A DNA stretch of 64,000 nt from Octopus vulgaris (GCA_951406725.2 OX597831.1:4960001-5024000); one strand, 5' to 3'. Counted from the stretch's first letter, positions 1 to 17,064 are shown. The notes: generated by a model not told the origin, from the letters alone. Translations and numbers: made by a program.

Positions 1-107
<107 letters not shown>

Positions 108-435
108 TGTGTGGGAAGTGAATTATGGACACATGAAACAATAAATAACAACAGATACATGCAGCGAAATCATATCCATATGTTTGTATGTATATACATA
201 CATATATACTTGTGTATGTGTCTGTCTGCGCGTGTTTTGATATACGCAGTTGTATATATGTATCTACGTATACATACAGATTTATGTATGTAGATATGTA
301 ACTAAAATATATTCTAAAGTTGTGTAAGCATATATATATATATAGATATGTGTGTGTGTATGTGTTTGTATGTATATGTGTGTGTGAGTGTGTCTTTGTG
401 TGAGTGTGTGTATGTGTGTGTGTGTGTGTGTGTCT

Positions 436-748
436 GGCCGAACAAAGCCTTGTGAGTGGATTTGGTAGACGGAAACTGAAAGAAGCCCTTTCGTATATAT
501 GTATATACATATGTGTGTGTGTGTGTGTGTATGTGTTTGTGTGCCTGTGTTTGTTCCCCCCAACATCGCTTGACAACCGATGCTGGTGTGTTTACGTCTC
601 CGTAACCTAGCGGTTCGGCAAAAGAGACCGCCAGAATAAGTACTAGGCCTACAAAGAATAAGTCCTGGGGTCGATCTGCTCGACTAAAGGCGGTGCTCCA
701 GCATGGACACAATCAAATGACTGAAACAAGTAAAAGAGTAAAAGAGTA
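436..748 (+). mobile_element. SINE family A copy (5'-truncated)
   Basis: Matches the body and tail shared by about 20 copies here: gccttgtgagtggatttggtagacgg, internal (TA)/(TG), cgatgctggtgtgtttacg, ctgaaacaagtaaaagag. Confidence 0.9.
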
Positions 749-760
749 TAACATACATAT

Positions 761-809
<49 letters not shown>

Positions 810-1382
810 TATATATATATATACATATATATGTATATCTATACATATATATATACGTATATATTTACACACAAGTACACACACACTCACGCACGCTCAC
901 ATGAAGTTGTATGTTTGCAGAATTAATAGCAGATATCCTGGACATAGAAATAAACAAGAAAAGAATAAGATAAGAATGTGAGGAGGAGGAGGAGGAGAAG
1001 GGGGAGGAAAGACACGAATGAAGGAAAGAACGTAAAAAAAAGGAAAAAAAGAAAAGAAAAAAATTCTAACGTTCCAGCTGACATATTTTCCGCTAATGCC
1101 TTAATCTTCCGCTAGGTACGCTAGTGGCGATAATCACGTGGATATATATATTATTTATGTCTTTCTTAGGATTTAGAAAAACGATAAAAGAAATGTGGAA
1201 AATACTCAAATTTTAAATGAAATACTAAGAAAATATTTTGCGGCTTTTTCTTGTGTGTATCTGTGTTGCTCTGTATGTGTGCGTGTGTGTGCATATATGG
1301 ATCACTGTGTGTTTGTAGATGTATGTGTTTATGTTGTGTGTGTGTGTGTGTATGTGCGTATTTTTGTCTATATGTGAGATGC

Positions 1383-1777
1383 TTACTCTTTACTCTTTTA
1401 CTTGTTTCAGTCGTTTGACTGTAGCCATGCTGGAGCACCACTTTTAGTCGATCGAGCAAATCGACCCAAGGACTTATTCTTTGTAAGCCTAGTACTTATT
1501 CTATCGGTCTCCTTTGCCGAACCGCTAGGTTGCGGGGACGTAAACACACCAGCATCGGTTGCCAAGTGATGTTTGGAGGACAAACACAGACACACACAAA
1601 CACACACACACATACATATATATACATATATATGACAGGGTTCTTTTTCAGTTTCCGTCTACCAAATCCATTCACAAGGCTTTGATTATCCAGAGGTTAT
1701 AGTAGAAGAGACTTGCCCAAGATGCTACGCAGTGGGACTGAAGCCAGAACTACTTACCACACAGCTACTCCTACGCC
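1383..1777 (-). mobile_element. SINE family A copy
   Basis: Reverse complement of family A, with a small deletion in the head. Confidence 0.9.
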
Positions 1778-2199
1778 TATATATTATATTAGTTTATGAA
1801 TGTGAATTAGTGTGTATGTGTGTGTGTATGTGAATGTCAGTGTGTGTCTCCGTATGCGCACATATGCTTGTCTATATGTGTACCATAGTCCTTATATGTG
1901 TGTGGGTCTGTGTGCTGGTATGACTGTGTGTGTATGTACGGGAATGTGTCTGTAAGTACGTATGGGAGCTTATCTATGAGTATGACTGTGTGTGTAGATG
2001 TACGATGTGCGTGTGATTTGTCAAAGGTTGTTTGTATATGTGTGTGTAAGGTTGAGTATGTGTGTGTGTGTGTGTGTGTCGTAGAGAGAGAGAGGGGGTT
2101 TCATGCGTTTAAATGAGTGTGATTGCGGGGGAGAAAATTAATGTGAAAGACTGCAAAGGGATATCATGAATGTATATGTGTGTGAGTATGTATGTTTGT

Positions 2200-2275
2200 G
2201 TGTCTTGCTTAAGGACACAACGCATCATCGTATTTCGAAGTCACCACCTTGCGATCGGGAGCCGAATACCCTAAA
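2200..2275 (-). mobile_element. SINE family C head fragment (tRNA-like head plus CORE-like box)
   Basis: Minus strand reads ttagggtattcggctcc...gttgtgtccttaagcaagaca, resembling the box at 44365-44390. Confidence 0.55.
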
Positions 2276-2300
2276 GTACACAAAGATACGCGCCACCACT

Positions 2301-2335
2301 AAATAGATAGATAGATAAATAGATAGCTAGCTAGC

Positions 2336-2405
<70 letters not shown>

Positions 2406-2478
2406 TAGATAGATGGATAGATGGATAGATAGATAGATAGATAGCTAGATAGATAGACAGACAGATAAACAGACAGAC
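2301..2478. repeat. (GATA)n microsatellite
   Basis: Direct reading. Confidence 0.95.
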
Positions 2479-2932
2479 ACATACATAATACATAAATGCA
2501 TACATACATATTTTCATACATACATACATACCTACACACACACACATACATACATACATACATACATTAGATTCCCGTATATGTAATTCGCTTTTAACTG
2601 TAGACATCGATGTAGATAAAGTTATAATTAACAGCATGAAAATATTAGGTTACAAAAAAGGGTTTTGGATAGAAAAACTCGAGGGTTGCCCGTGGGACTC
2701 AGATCTTGGGTTTTTTATGAACGTGACAAACGTTCTACCATGACGTTTTAAGTGTGTATGTGTGTGTGCATGTGTGTGTGTGTGTGTGTGTGTGTGCATG
2801 TGCGCGTTCGCTCGCGCGAGTATGTATGTGTGTGTTTGTGTGTGAGTTTATATATGTATACATGCTTATTAGTCTGTATGTATGTATTTGTATGCGTGTG
2901 TAATAATTACAGCACGGTAAATCTATCTATCT

Positions 2933-2967
<35 letters not shown>

Positions 2968-3200
2968 GATAGATAGATAGATAGATATGTATGTATATGT
3001 ATATAGGTATATATCTACATACACACACACACACACACATACATATATATACATATATGCGTTCACGCATTTGTATATTTGTATGTATATATTCATATAC
3101 TTGTACGCTATATGTACATATACATATATATATATATATATATGTAAATATATATACACACATATATACATGCATATATATATATATATATATATATATA

Positions 3201-3322
3201 GGTAAACAGTAAAAATAATTACAGACATGGACAAGAACATGAAACACCACAGAGACGACACAAGAACCACAGGACGGGACATTCGAAGCCCTCAGTCATC
3301 AGTCAAGAACCAGATCATCTTA
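3201..3322 (-). mobile_element. Short (TA)n-embedded element, family F1
   Basis: Minus strand gatctggttcttgactgatgac...cttcgaatgtcccgtcc...ttcttgtcc is homologous to 28499-28633 and 55384-55540. Confidence 0.7.
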
Positions 3323-3595
3323 TACTTATATATACATATCCATCCATCCATCCATCCATCCTTCCATCCAAACGTAAATACATACATACATATGTAAGTG
3401 CGTGTGTGCGTTTCTGTGTGCGTGTGTGCGTTTGTATGTGTGTGTGTGTGTTTGTGTATGGATGTGTTTCTATCGCCTGCAGCTTCCTACGGTGACATTG
3501 ATGTTCCCATTTATAATTGAATTCATGGAGGATTTGTTTAATTCACCAACAGGAAACATATACCGTGCATAACAACAACAACACACACTCACATT

Positions 3596-3640
<45 letters not shown>

Positions 3641-3798
3641 GCACACTTACATACACATATACACGCACTCGCATACGCACGACCATAAATACACACACGT
3701 ATGTGTGTGTGTGTGTATGTTTACATACGTCTAGCACGCACAGCATCAACAGCCACAACACAAAAGCTCAGAAACACACACACACACACACACATACA

Positions 3799-3831
<33 letters not shown>

Positions 3832-4069
3832 TCGCACCCCCACACACACAAACCATACGCGCGCGCATATATATGCGTACGTATAGATGTAGCATTCACA
3901 ATGCTGCCACATATAGACACATACACACACACGCACTCACATACACACACATACACACACATATGTACACACACTCGTCTGAGTGTGTGTACATATTCTC
4001 TCTAGTTGATAAGAAGAGTCTGTTCCGACCGACCACTTGTTACCTTACGATGATAGGAGTAGTAGTGGC

Positions 4070-4110
<41 letters not shown>

Positions 4111-4198
4111 CAGCAGCAGCAGCAGCAGCAGTAGCAGTACCAACTGTGTTAGTGATCATACATGCATGTATATATGTGTGAGTGTGTGTGTGTGTGTA

Positions 4199-5128
<930 letters not shown>

Positions 5129-5179
5129 TATTTATTTGTATATGCATATGTGTGTGTGTGTATACACATATACATATAT

Positions 5180-5233
<54 letters not shown>

Positions 5234-5494
5234 CATATATATTGACACCTATTAATAAATAAATATCCGGCAAGTGCAGCGAGGTGGGTAGTTGCGGTGG
5301 TAAAGCGCCGTACTGAATGCTGTGATGTTTTCAGTTTCGTTCCGCTTCGTTGTGAGTTCAAACTCAACCGAGGTCATCTTTTCCTTTTATCTGTTGTAGA
5401 TCAATATCTATATATCAGTTATGTACTGATGAAATCGATTAAACACTTCAGTAAAAATATCTGGCGTTGTGCCAACGTGATAATAAATCGTTAT

Positions 5495-5539
<45 letters not shown>

Positions 5540-5565
5540 AGCCATCATCATCATCATAAATGTTG

Positions 5566-5605
<40 letters not shown>

Positions 5606-5701
5606 GAATGTATATACACCCAGCCGTTGAATAAATGATGTGAATCCGTGATTATATTATATTATTATATTTTATTGATAGAATCAGCGCACACACTCAC
5701 A

Positions 5702-5747
<46 letters not shown>

Positions 5748-5825
5748 CATACATGCACACACATATATACATACATACATAAATATATATACACATGTGT
5801 ATATATATACATATATATATACATT

Positions 5826-6040
5826 TTTCATTCTTTTACTTGTTCCAGTCACTTGACGGCGGCCATGCTGGAGCACCGCCTTAAGAGGTTTGTTTTTTAG
5901 TCAAAGAAATCGAACTAGAACTTATTCTTCGTAAGCTTAGTACTTATTCTATCGGTCTTTTGTACGAGGACATAAACACACCAGCTTCGGTTGTCAAGCG
6001 ATGGTGGAGATAGTAGGGAACAATCATAGACTCAAAGACA
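5826..6040 (-). mobile_element. SINE family A 3' part
   Basis: Reverse complement of the family A tail. Confidence 0.8.
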
Positions 6041-6836
6041 CACACGCACACACACACACACACGTACAGCGCCTCACGCAAACACCACCACCACCACCAT
6101 CGCCACTACTCATACTGCTGTCGTCAATTTTACTACCACCAAACCCGTATAGACAGATGAAACGCGGCAAAATATATATGTATACGCGCACATATTTACA
6201 TAATGCGCGCGCACATGCATGCCGACAGATGCACACACATTCATGCATGTGTACAGACATACATACACACACATACATAATTAATCCACCTGCAGCCAGC
6301 ACTTAATAGTTATACCTCCGTGGCGATCACGTGGTCACCAATCTATAATTATATATAAATATATATACTTCAATGATTTAACAAGTTTCGGCCGCTTGTG
6401 TACTCCAAATATCTGTAAAACAGTTACAATAGAACAATGAAAATATTTCTAGAGTTATGCGTTTCAATATTCCCTTGAATAACGTAATCATGTAAGCAGA
6501 CAGTGAAATAAATATTTAATTGATAATCATTGCTCCCAGCATTAATTAATGTTTCTTAATGACCAGTTTTGTAATCCCTCCCCCGTAAATATTAACCTTG
6601 AGATTCGGTGATTATGGAAGTTTTGGGAGCCAGCATAAATATCGTCATCTCCCATGGAATTTTCGGTAGGCCAAATATATACGGCGGTTTTAACGTGAGT
6701 AATATCTCTCCACTAATGACTGCACAACGCGTATGAAACATTAACGCATTATTATTGAATATTCATTTTGGTATTTACCTATGTGTAATGACATGCGTAA
6801 TATGCATGCACAAATGTCTATGCATGCATAAATATA

Positions 6837-6998
<162 letters not shown>

Positions 6999-7526
6999 TT
7001 GCATATAATTAACCAGGGGGAGATAGAGAAAGGGGGGATGTATTTCACGATGTATAATGCGCATACAAGTATAAGGTGCACTCTTAAGTTAAAAAGAATA
7101 TGTATATATATATTTTTTTTATGAAACCCAAAGATATTAAAAGCCATGCTTATAAATATTTTTTTCTATCTCTTCTTATTAGCAATGATGTCATATATTA
7201 TTGTGTGCATATCAAACAAAAAAGCAGACAGATAAAGAAATAAAGATGTTTAAAGTATTTAATAGAATGAAAATCTTAAGCCTCATAGTTTAATAAGAAT
7301 TATCGTAATAGAAGGAAACTCAAAAAGACATCATAACCCATAAATCACTTCGTTCTTCATTAGCGTTGCTCTCTCTAAAACCTGAAAATTTCGTAATATC
7401 TTTGAATTGTTGGGAACTTTTTGCTACTCTCAAAGCTCTTCTTCCTAGAGAGGTCCATTCTTCAAGTCTAAATTGTTCATTAGACGACACTTCTTGAAGA
7501 CAATTTAATAAGTTATTCTTTAAATA

Positions 7527-7665
7527 GGCGCAGGAGTGGCTGTGTGGTGAGACACGACCAGCATCGGTCAAGTGATGGTGGGGAGGACAAACACAGTGGG
7601 ACTGAACCCGGAACCATGTGGTTGGTAAGCAAGCTACTTACCACACACACACCCACTCCTGCGCC
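7527..7665. mobile_element. Rearranged SINE A with inverted heads
   Basis: ggcgcaggagtggctgtgtggt (sense) ... ccactcctgcgcc (antisense), with antisense body pieces between. Confidence 0.8.
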
Positions 7666-8325
7666 CGTAGTAATACATAAATGTTCATTTCAGAGATGGG
7701 TGGGTGGGGTGTATATTGTTCTCACAGTCATCTAAAACTCTCTGAAACCAAGATAAAAGCCGGTTTAATCAACCTGTAGATCCCTGCCACAGCATTAAGT
7801 TGACCTTTTGCATTCTGTCCTGTATACATAAAACGTTTTGGATAACAAACACAGTTTTTAAATAACTGCATCTGGGATTTGAAACCGGAACATCACATTT
7901 CCAAGTCACCGACCACCTCCCACCCGTTAGAATCACATTGTTACTACTCTTCCACTTTATTCGGAATTAAGAAACAGTAATTGTCAGTGGCAAAAGCGGA
8001 ATGCGATCTTATGAATTATTTGTAAGAATAAAGAGCAGTATTTGTTTAACCAATGGTCCGTGGGGAAAAACGGTTTTGTGTTTACTCATGTGTGACCTGG
8101 CTCTCTCTCTCTCTCTCCCTCTCTTCCTCTCCTTCCTCTCCCCTCCTTCCCTGCGCGTGCGAGCGTGCTTGCATATGTTGTACATAGAAACACATTTACA
8201 CATACGTAAATTTTGCTCTTGATATGCATGTTTATAAGCATACGCCACACAAGCTCATATACGTGTGCGCATGAGTGTATATTTATATGCGAATGTGTGT
8301 GTGTCTGTGTATGTATGCATGTGTT

Positions 8326-8365
<40 letters not shown>

Positions 8366-8376
8366 TAAAACTAGCT

Positions 8377-8428
<52 letters not shown>

Positions 8429-8437
8429 CTATCTATC

Positions 8438-8614
<177 letters not shown>

Positions 8615-9201
8615 ATATATGTATGTTTAAGTATTTGAAACATTACACCAGATGAACCTTGAAACACGGTAAGAAACCCAAAGAAAGGCCACACTGTGCA
8701 ACTCACTGCGTCACCAGAACCAATTTTAGAGACGGAAATTGACTCTAATTTAAACAAGCATTAGTGCAAGAGGTGGTGCCCCAGCATGACCATAACCTCT
8801 GGCTGAAACTAATTATCGGAAATATATGCATACAATGTATTTGTATGTTATGTATAAATATTTATATATAGTGTATCACAAAAGCTATATACACATAGAC
8901 TGATTACAAAGACAATGTTTATTCAAATACAGTTTATTTTCAAAGCTTAATAGAAAGCTTAACAGAGGTAATCTTTTTTATTTCTTTTTGAACGCCGCTT
9001 TTTAAAATGACGACTGTTTTGATCCAGGCATTGTTGATAACGCAAAGCAAAGAAGTAGCAGACGTCAAGAATCCTTTCGGTTTTTGTAAGCATTCTCGAT
9101 CATTTGCTGCCCACAGTTCGTCGACCGTTGCCGGTTTTGTACCTTAGATGCCTAATGGTATAAGGTCTGCTGAACATGGAGAGTATTCTACTGACCCTCT
9201 A

Positions 9202-9580
9202 GGGCTGCGCGCTGGCAGAAACGTTAGCACGCCGGACATAAAGCTTAGCAGTATTTCGTTCAAATTCAGCCGAGGTCGACTTTGCCTTTCATCCTTTCGG
9301 CGTAGATAAATTAAGTACCAGTTACGTACTGGGGTCGATGTAATCGACTTAATCCGTTTGTCTGTCCTTGTTTGTCCCCTCTATGTTTAGTCCCTTGTGG
9401 GTAGTAAAGAAATAGGTATTTCGTCTGTCTTTACATTGAGTTCAAATTCAACCGATGTCGACTTTGCCTTTCATCCTTTCGGGATCGATGACTTAAGTAC
9501 CAGTTACATACTGGGGTCGATCTAATCGACTGGACCCCATCCTCCAAATTTCAGGCATTGGGCCTAGAGTAGAAAAGATT
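9202..9580 (+). mobile_element. SINE family B, dimeric
   Basis: gctggcagaaacgttagcacgccgg head; ttcaaattc...gtcgactttgcctttcatcctttcgg...aagtaccagttac occurs twice. Confidence 0.9.
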
Positions 9581-10094
9581 CTACTCTCCCTCTTCGGCCT
9601 AATCAATCTGTTAGGCAAAATCTCAAGATAAGCCCTTGCATTACGAGCATTTCAATGGTAGCCTTGCTGGATGTAAACCCCAATATCTTGAATACTTGAC
9701 AAATTGTCACAGAAATTTCAAGCAACCAGGACCAGTCAGAGTAACCTTTCTGGCTTTGTGGGGTTCCTCGTTGTCCGCAGTTTTCCGGAAGGTTTCTTGT
9801 GGACATTCTGAACTGATGGTAAGTCTCCATGGCGGATGTGTTTAAAACTCCCTCCTAAACTGTGTTTGAACTTGGAGTGTGATTTGAAGCATCCTGTAGG
9901 ACTTCAAACTAATCTTTTATGCTTCAAAGTTTAAATCGGCTGCCTTCATATTTCTAATGGATTTCAATTTCCAATGAGGTCAACTTTGAACTTCATACTT
10001 TCGGAGTCGATAACATAAAGTACCAGTCAAATAGTAGGGTCGATATAATCAATTTCCCTTACACGTCCAGTTGTCTGGCTTGTATGTATGTATA

Positions 10095-10141
<47 letters not shown>

Positions 10142-10179
10142 ATATATGTTTGTGTGGGTATATGTTTGTGTGTTTGTGC

Positions 10180-10355
10180 TTGACAACCGATGCTGGTGTG
10201 TTCATGTCCTCGTATATTAGCGGTTCGGCAAAAGAGACCAATAGAATAAGTACTAGGCTTACAATGAATAAGCCCTGAGGTCGATTTGTTCGACTAAAGT
10301 CGGTGCTCCAGCATGACCGCGGTCAAAATGACTGAAACAAGTGAAAGAATAAAAG
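10180..10355 (+). mobile_element. SINE family A 3' part
   Basis: Matches the family A tail. Confidence 0.85.
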
Positions 10356-10397
10356 GATATGTATATATGTATATATCTATATCAATCTATCTATCTA

Positions 10398-10447
<50 letters not shown>

Positions 10448-11285
10448 CATACATACATACATACATACATACATACATACACACACACATATGCATAAAA
10501 GTATGTATATACCCTCATATATACACATGTATATATGCATCTAGAATTATACATGTATACACACACATATATGGAAGCATCTATGTATGTGTATGTGTTA
10601 GAGAGAGAGAGAAAGAAAGAGAGAGAAGGGGGTAGATGGAGGGAAAGAGAGGTGGTATAACTATAGGCAAAAAGTAAGTGTGTATATATTTATACAACAT
10701 ATAAATATAATCCTTATATAAACGTATTCCTTTAAACTCTACACAACATTAAAGACAACTATGTGTGCGTTTACGTAGATTTATACACATCCAGGCACAA
10801 ATACACACATCCAGGCACAAATACACACACATCTCTGACTGGGTTTGTGTTTGTACAAATATGTACACTAAACTGTATACGTGTGTGTGCGTGTGTCCGT
10901 GGTGTGTAATGGAAAGCATTTAGTCTTTGGCTAGAAATTTGATAAATATGTATTTTCAGAACGTTCCTTTAAAAACCTGTTTTCTCATCTGGATTCAGAC
11001 AGGCGTAAAACTCCATTTGTCGCTGTTATTATAGCATATCTGCCTGCATACACAGTACACAGCATATATATAGCAGTGCTTGTGATGATAACACAAACAT
11101 GATACAAGCTCGCGGTTTATATCGCATAATAGACGCATGAGCGCTAAACCAGAATTAATGATATTACACGTATTATCACTAATGATGATATCAAAATTAC
11201 AAGATATTTAAAGTTGAGGTATCGCATTCCGTTCTCAAAGAACAGCAGGTATTACTATTACAACTGACAGACACACAGACACAAG

Positions 11286-11374
<89 letters not shown>

Positions 11375-11411
11375 CTGTATGTATGTATGTATATATGTAT
11401 ATATATGTATA

Positions 11412-11454
<43 letters not shown>

Positions 11455-11773
11455 GAACATGTTTATATGTACGTAAGCTTCCATGAACGTATATTTTTGG
11501 GCACTAATGGTAAAATTACAAGCAGTTACATATTTATATACATACATACATACATAAACAGACACAGACACGCACACACACACACACACAGATATAAATA
11601 TATATGTATGTATGTTTTGTGTGTGTATACTGATACAAACATACATACACACGCACACACACATATATCTGTATATATAATTTCACAAACCCTCAGCCAT
11701 TACTCGGATAAGATATAACTTGGTACCATAAAAGATGATTAAATTTATATACTTAATTACTCATTTGTAAATG

Positions 11774-11850
<77 letters not shown>

Positions 11851-12134
11851 ACGAACATACACACACACACTCACACACGCATACTTACAGGCATAAATAA
11901 GCAAGCGAAACAGCAATATCGTCAGCACTTTAGACGAAATGCTTAGCGGCATTTCGTGCTGTCTTTAGATTCGAGGTTCGAATTCCGCCCGGGATCGACG
12001 TTGTTTTTCGTTCTCTCGGGGTCCATAAAATACGAGGGACATCACAGCATAACTCACGAACATACAGGTACCCGGAAACTTATACGTAGATGCGCACACA
12101 TTGAGAAACACGCACATACATAAAGACATCATGT

Positions 12135-12172
<38 letters not shown>

Positions 12173-12199
12173 ATACACACACATACATACATATACACA

Positions 12200-12790
12200 T
12201 ATTCACAAGCATACAAACACACACAAATTCCACAAATACACACACGTTCACAAATATGTGTATAAATAGACACTCACATAAAACCTTTCATATATACATA
12301 AAGATGTCATTCATACACACACACAAACACATACACATACTCACACATTCACAAACATATATACACACACAAATATCTATATACATATACATAAAGATGT
12401 CATCTACACATACACACAAACACATACACATACTCACACATTCACAAACATATAAACATACTCACACATTCACAAACATATACACACATACAAATATTTA
12501 TATACATATACATAAATATGTCATCTACGCACACACACACACACCACACACACACAAACACACTTATACATTCACAAACATTTACACACACACACAAATA
12601 TCTATACACACAGACACTCACACAAAGCCTTTCACATATACATAAAGATGTCATCTACACACAAACCACACACACATAAAACAAACACACACACACACAA
12701 ATACACACATATTCACAAACATACACACGCTCACAAATATCTATATAGATAGCCACCTACAGAACGCCTTTCAACATATACATAAACATA
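12200..12790. repeat. Degenerate CA-rich minisatellite
   Basis: Recurring cacattcacaaacatatacacac...catacataaagatgtcatc units. Confidence 0.75.
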
Positions 12791-13034
12791 TCACTTAGAC
12801 ACACACACACACACACATGCACACAAAATAGCATATATGTATATACCATATAAACACACTCAGAACACACACACAGCCACACGCACAAACACACACCGAA
12901 AACCCACATTCACTCAGAGTCAGGCACGCACACGCACCGAAGCCATATACACGCACACACACACACACATATATACACATGGACAATCACATAGGAATAC
13001 GTTCACGCACGCATACACAATACCACATAAACGC

Positions 13035-13069
<35 letters not shown>

Positions 13070-13184
13070 ATCAATCTTGCAATGGTGAGTGCGTCATCTG
13101 AATTTAAAAGTCGTTCTTCTTACATTTTAATTAAACGTTTAAAAGAATTTGTCGGTGCAAATAGACCTGCACACACATACGCAT

Positions 13185-13237
<53 letters not shown>

Positions 13238-13280
13238 CAAATAAACATACACACACGGAGGCTTAGACATAAACAAAAAG

Positions 13281-13340
<60 letters not shown>

Positions 13341-13649
13341 ACACGTACATACGCGTAAATGGATAAATTTATAAGGTGTATAGAATGGAATTTTTGCGCG
13401 AAAGCTAGAATTGCATGTTACTCGTGAGCGTGTGTATGTTTGTGAATCTACTTACGTGCATATATATGTATGTATATATATGTGTACGTGTGTGTGTGTG
13501 TGAATGCATGTGTATTTACGCACACAACACACACACACACACACACATACATATATATTTAACCGTATTTATATAGATGTGTAGGTATACATATGTATAA
13601 GTATGTACACATATGTACATATGCCTGTGCGTATATATGTATATATACG

Positions 13650-13724
<75 letters not shown>

Positions 13725-13854
13725 CTTTATGAAAATAGACAAATAGACGAATAGGTGGAATATACAAATAACGTATATATATATATTGTTATATTTCGCA
13801 ATGGTCATATTGCCAGTTTAGCCATAAAAAATATTGCACAACAAATATTTAAAC

Positions 13855-13896
<42 letters not shown>

Positions 13897-14134
13897 CACA
13901 CACACACACTCATACGCACACAGTCATACACATAAGTGTGTGTGAGGAGGCACGTAGCTTAGCGATTAGGGTGTTGCTACACACACACACACAGAGACAA
14001 ACATACACTCACACATATACACACACATATAGGTGCCTGACAACTTTGCTCTACGAGCCTACGGAACTTCAAGTAGCATAGAGCTCATTCAGTACATACA
14101 CACACACACACACACACTTATATATGTATATGTC

Positions 14135-14255
14135 ATTATTCAGTTTTACTTCAAGATTTTTTGGGAATAGAGAAAGAGCCGGTTTCTAACCTAAATCCAA
14201 GTCTCCTTCATTGGAATTTCAACATCAACAACAGTGTTTTTGTTTGTATGTATGC

Positions 14256-14288
<33 letters not shown>

Positions 14289-15148
14289 TGTATGTATGTA
14301 TGTATGTATGTATGTATGTATGTATGTATGTATGTATGTGTGCAGATTTGTATGTTTTGTTTTATGCTTGTATTCTCATGCATATAGTTGCATATCTAGA
14401 CATACTCATATATATTTAAACGATAAACTTCTGGAAAGTTTTACAGATTTTTACAGTTCCATTGATGGATTGGATCTGTAGTCTTCGATTTAGCTTTCTC
14501 CTTCTGGTTTTGAGAAGCCTAATTTCTCAAGATTGGTATTTAGGCAGTGTGTCACATATCCCAGGGCCCCAATAATTACAGGTATAAACATGAACTTGTT
14601 ATCTGGATAGAGTAATTACAGATTCCTGAATAGTTCAACGGAGGTATTCTCTTTGTCATTGATCATCAGCTTTATGATAACATCCGCTTTCCAGTTGATT
14701 TCCATAACTGTACACAGTCTCGCTTCTCAATCCCAAATCACTATATCAGGCTTGTTGTGCATACATTTTGGGGTCTTCACTGGGACATTCCACCAGTACT
14801 CTTTTTTTATTACGAGTGGCTATGGCTTCTACCATACTATGGGTTCTTATTTCTTTGTCCTTGGGATAATCCTTCCGATGGATTTCATTATAAAGTGCCC
14901 TAGCTACATCATGTCTCACCGGCAGATAATACTGTGATGACACTTTTGGACAACTGCTTATGATGTGGGTGATATCTTCGGTGTTTACTCCACAAACTCT
15001 GCATCTATTGTCACATTGTACTGCTTTTCCTGCATTTCTATCCCTTATGTGCATCAGGTATTTGGTTGATGCTTCCTGTTCCTAGATTACAAATGCAAAC
15101 CCTTTAAAATGGAAGGTAGTAATCTGGCTATTGGGCCCTGATAGACTG
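14135..15148 (-). mobile_element. 5'-truncated, frameshifted non-LTR retrotransposon of the restriction-like endonuclease group (R4/Dong-like): C-terminus plus 3' UTR
   Basis: Minus-strand translation gives GFAFVI*EQEASTKY, CCHC knuckle CRVCGVNTEDITHIISSC, RHD motif, YWWNVPV, HNKPDIVIWD and FIPVIIGALG. Stop at 14416-14418. Contains in-frame stops and frameshifts. Confidence 0.88.
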
Positions 15149-15319
15149 TATGTATCTAAGTAATAATGTGTTTATATATGTGTGTATGTATGCATGTATG
15201 CATGGTTGTATATATATATATATATATATAGATATAGATGTAGATATAGATAGATTGATAGATAGATAGACTGATGTACATGCATATATCTATAACTATA
15301 ATTATATGTATCTATATAC

Positions 15320-15354
<35 letters not shown>

Positions 15355-15556
15355 TGCATGTATATATACATATATATATATACATATACACACACACAAA
15401 CACACACAAAAAAGTGTAACACACATGAAAACGTGTGTGTATAACTCTAAATATATCTAAATATATATATATATACATACATACATATAAATATATATAT
15501 ATATATGTATGTATGTATATATATATATATATACATATGTATGTATATATATATAC

Positions 15557-15596
<40 letters not shown>

Positions 15597-15867
15597 AACG
15601 CATATATGTATAAAAGGATGTATATATATATATACATCTATATATATATTTGCATATATACACCCATGTACAAATAATGATGGTGCATATGTGCATATAC
15701 GTTCGTAAAGGTTTACATAAATATATACACGCACAAACACAAACACACACACACACCCTTGAATATGGATAATATTTGCATAAAAAGATGTACTAAATAT
15801 TAATAACGTATACATACTTTAATGTAAAGAAACTTATACAGTACGTCTCAGTGTGTATGTGTATGTG

Positions 15868-15912
<45 letters not shown>

Positions 15913-16475
15913 CATATATATATATATACATACATACATACATACATACATACATACATACATACATACATACATACATACAGACATACATACATACATA
16001 CATACATTTATATTTATATGGATTAGTGTGTGTGTGCGCGTATACGTCATGTTTTGTACAATTAATTACAGAATATCGAATTCTTATGTTCTGATGGGAA
16101 GGGTGAGTTGAATTATTTTGTGTTTCTGAGAATATCTTGAATAAAAGGAAGAGAAAATTCTAATTTTTGTGAAATCAATGTTTGTGCATTTCTACAAATA
16201 TTCAAAGCGACTGCACTTGTACTGTCGGTTATCAATACGTACATACACACATACATACATACATACATACACATACATGTATATATATATATATATATAT
16301 GTGCATATATATATATATATATATATGTATATAAACACACATAGAGGTACATATGTATGTCTATCTATCAATCTCTGTGCATATATATATATATATTTAT
16401 ATATATATACATATATATATATTAATATGTTTATTTAAATATGCACACATAATATTTCTACATATAATGTATATA

Positions 16476-16522
<47 letters not shown>

Positions 16523-16650
16523 GTTTTACATTATATGTAGATGTGTACATTTATATAGATATATGTATATCATATCTAAGAAAGTATATTTAACAAAATA
16601 GTTGGAGGTTAGAAATATATCACCACAAAAATATATAAATATAAATATAA

Positions 16651-16727
<77 letters not shown>

Positions 16728-16923
16728 TATCTTTCCATATATTTTGTTTCTGTCGATTCAGTTTCAAACGAAAAATTATGTCTCATGTGTGAATCGAGGA
16801 ATATGTAAGGATAAATTATGCCAGTAATTCCAAATCAATCTTAAGCGTGTATGTAAACAATTGAAATCTTTTAAACTGGTACCCCAGCATGGCCGTAGCC
16901 TCTGTACCAAAATAATCATAATT

Positions 16924-16993
<70 letters not shown>

Positions 16994-17064
16994 GTAGTCA
17001 TCGTACACACATCCAGTCACGTTTCGTACAGGTATAAATGCACACACACACACACACGCACACG

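Noticed and set aside
7320-7571. 83-aa minus-strand ORF of ordinary composition
   Set aside because: Starts inside a SINE fragment; no recognisable homology
8648-8680. ccagatgaacc...ggtaagaaac as a hammerhead
   Set aside because: Core mutated, stem II only 3 bp and offset, no stem III or stem I
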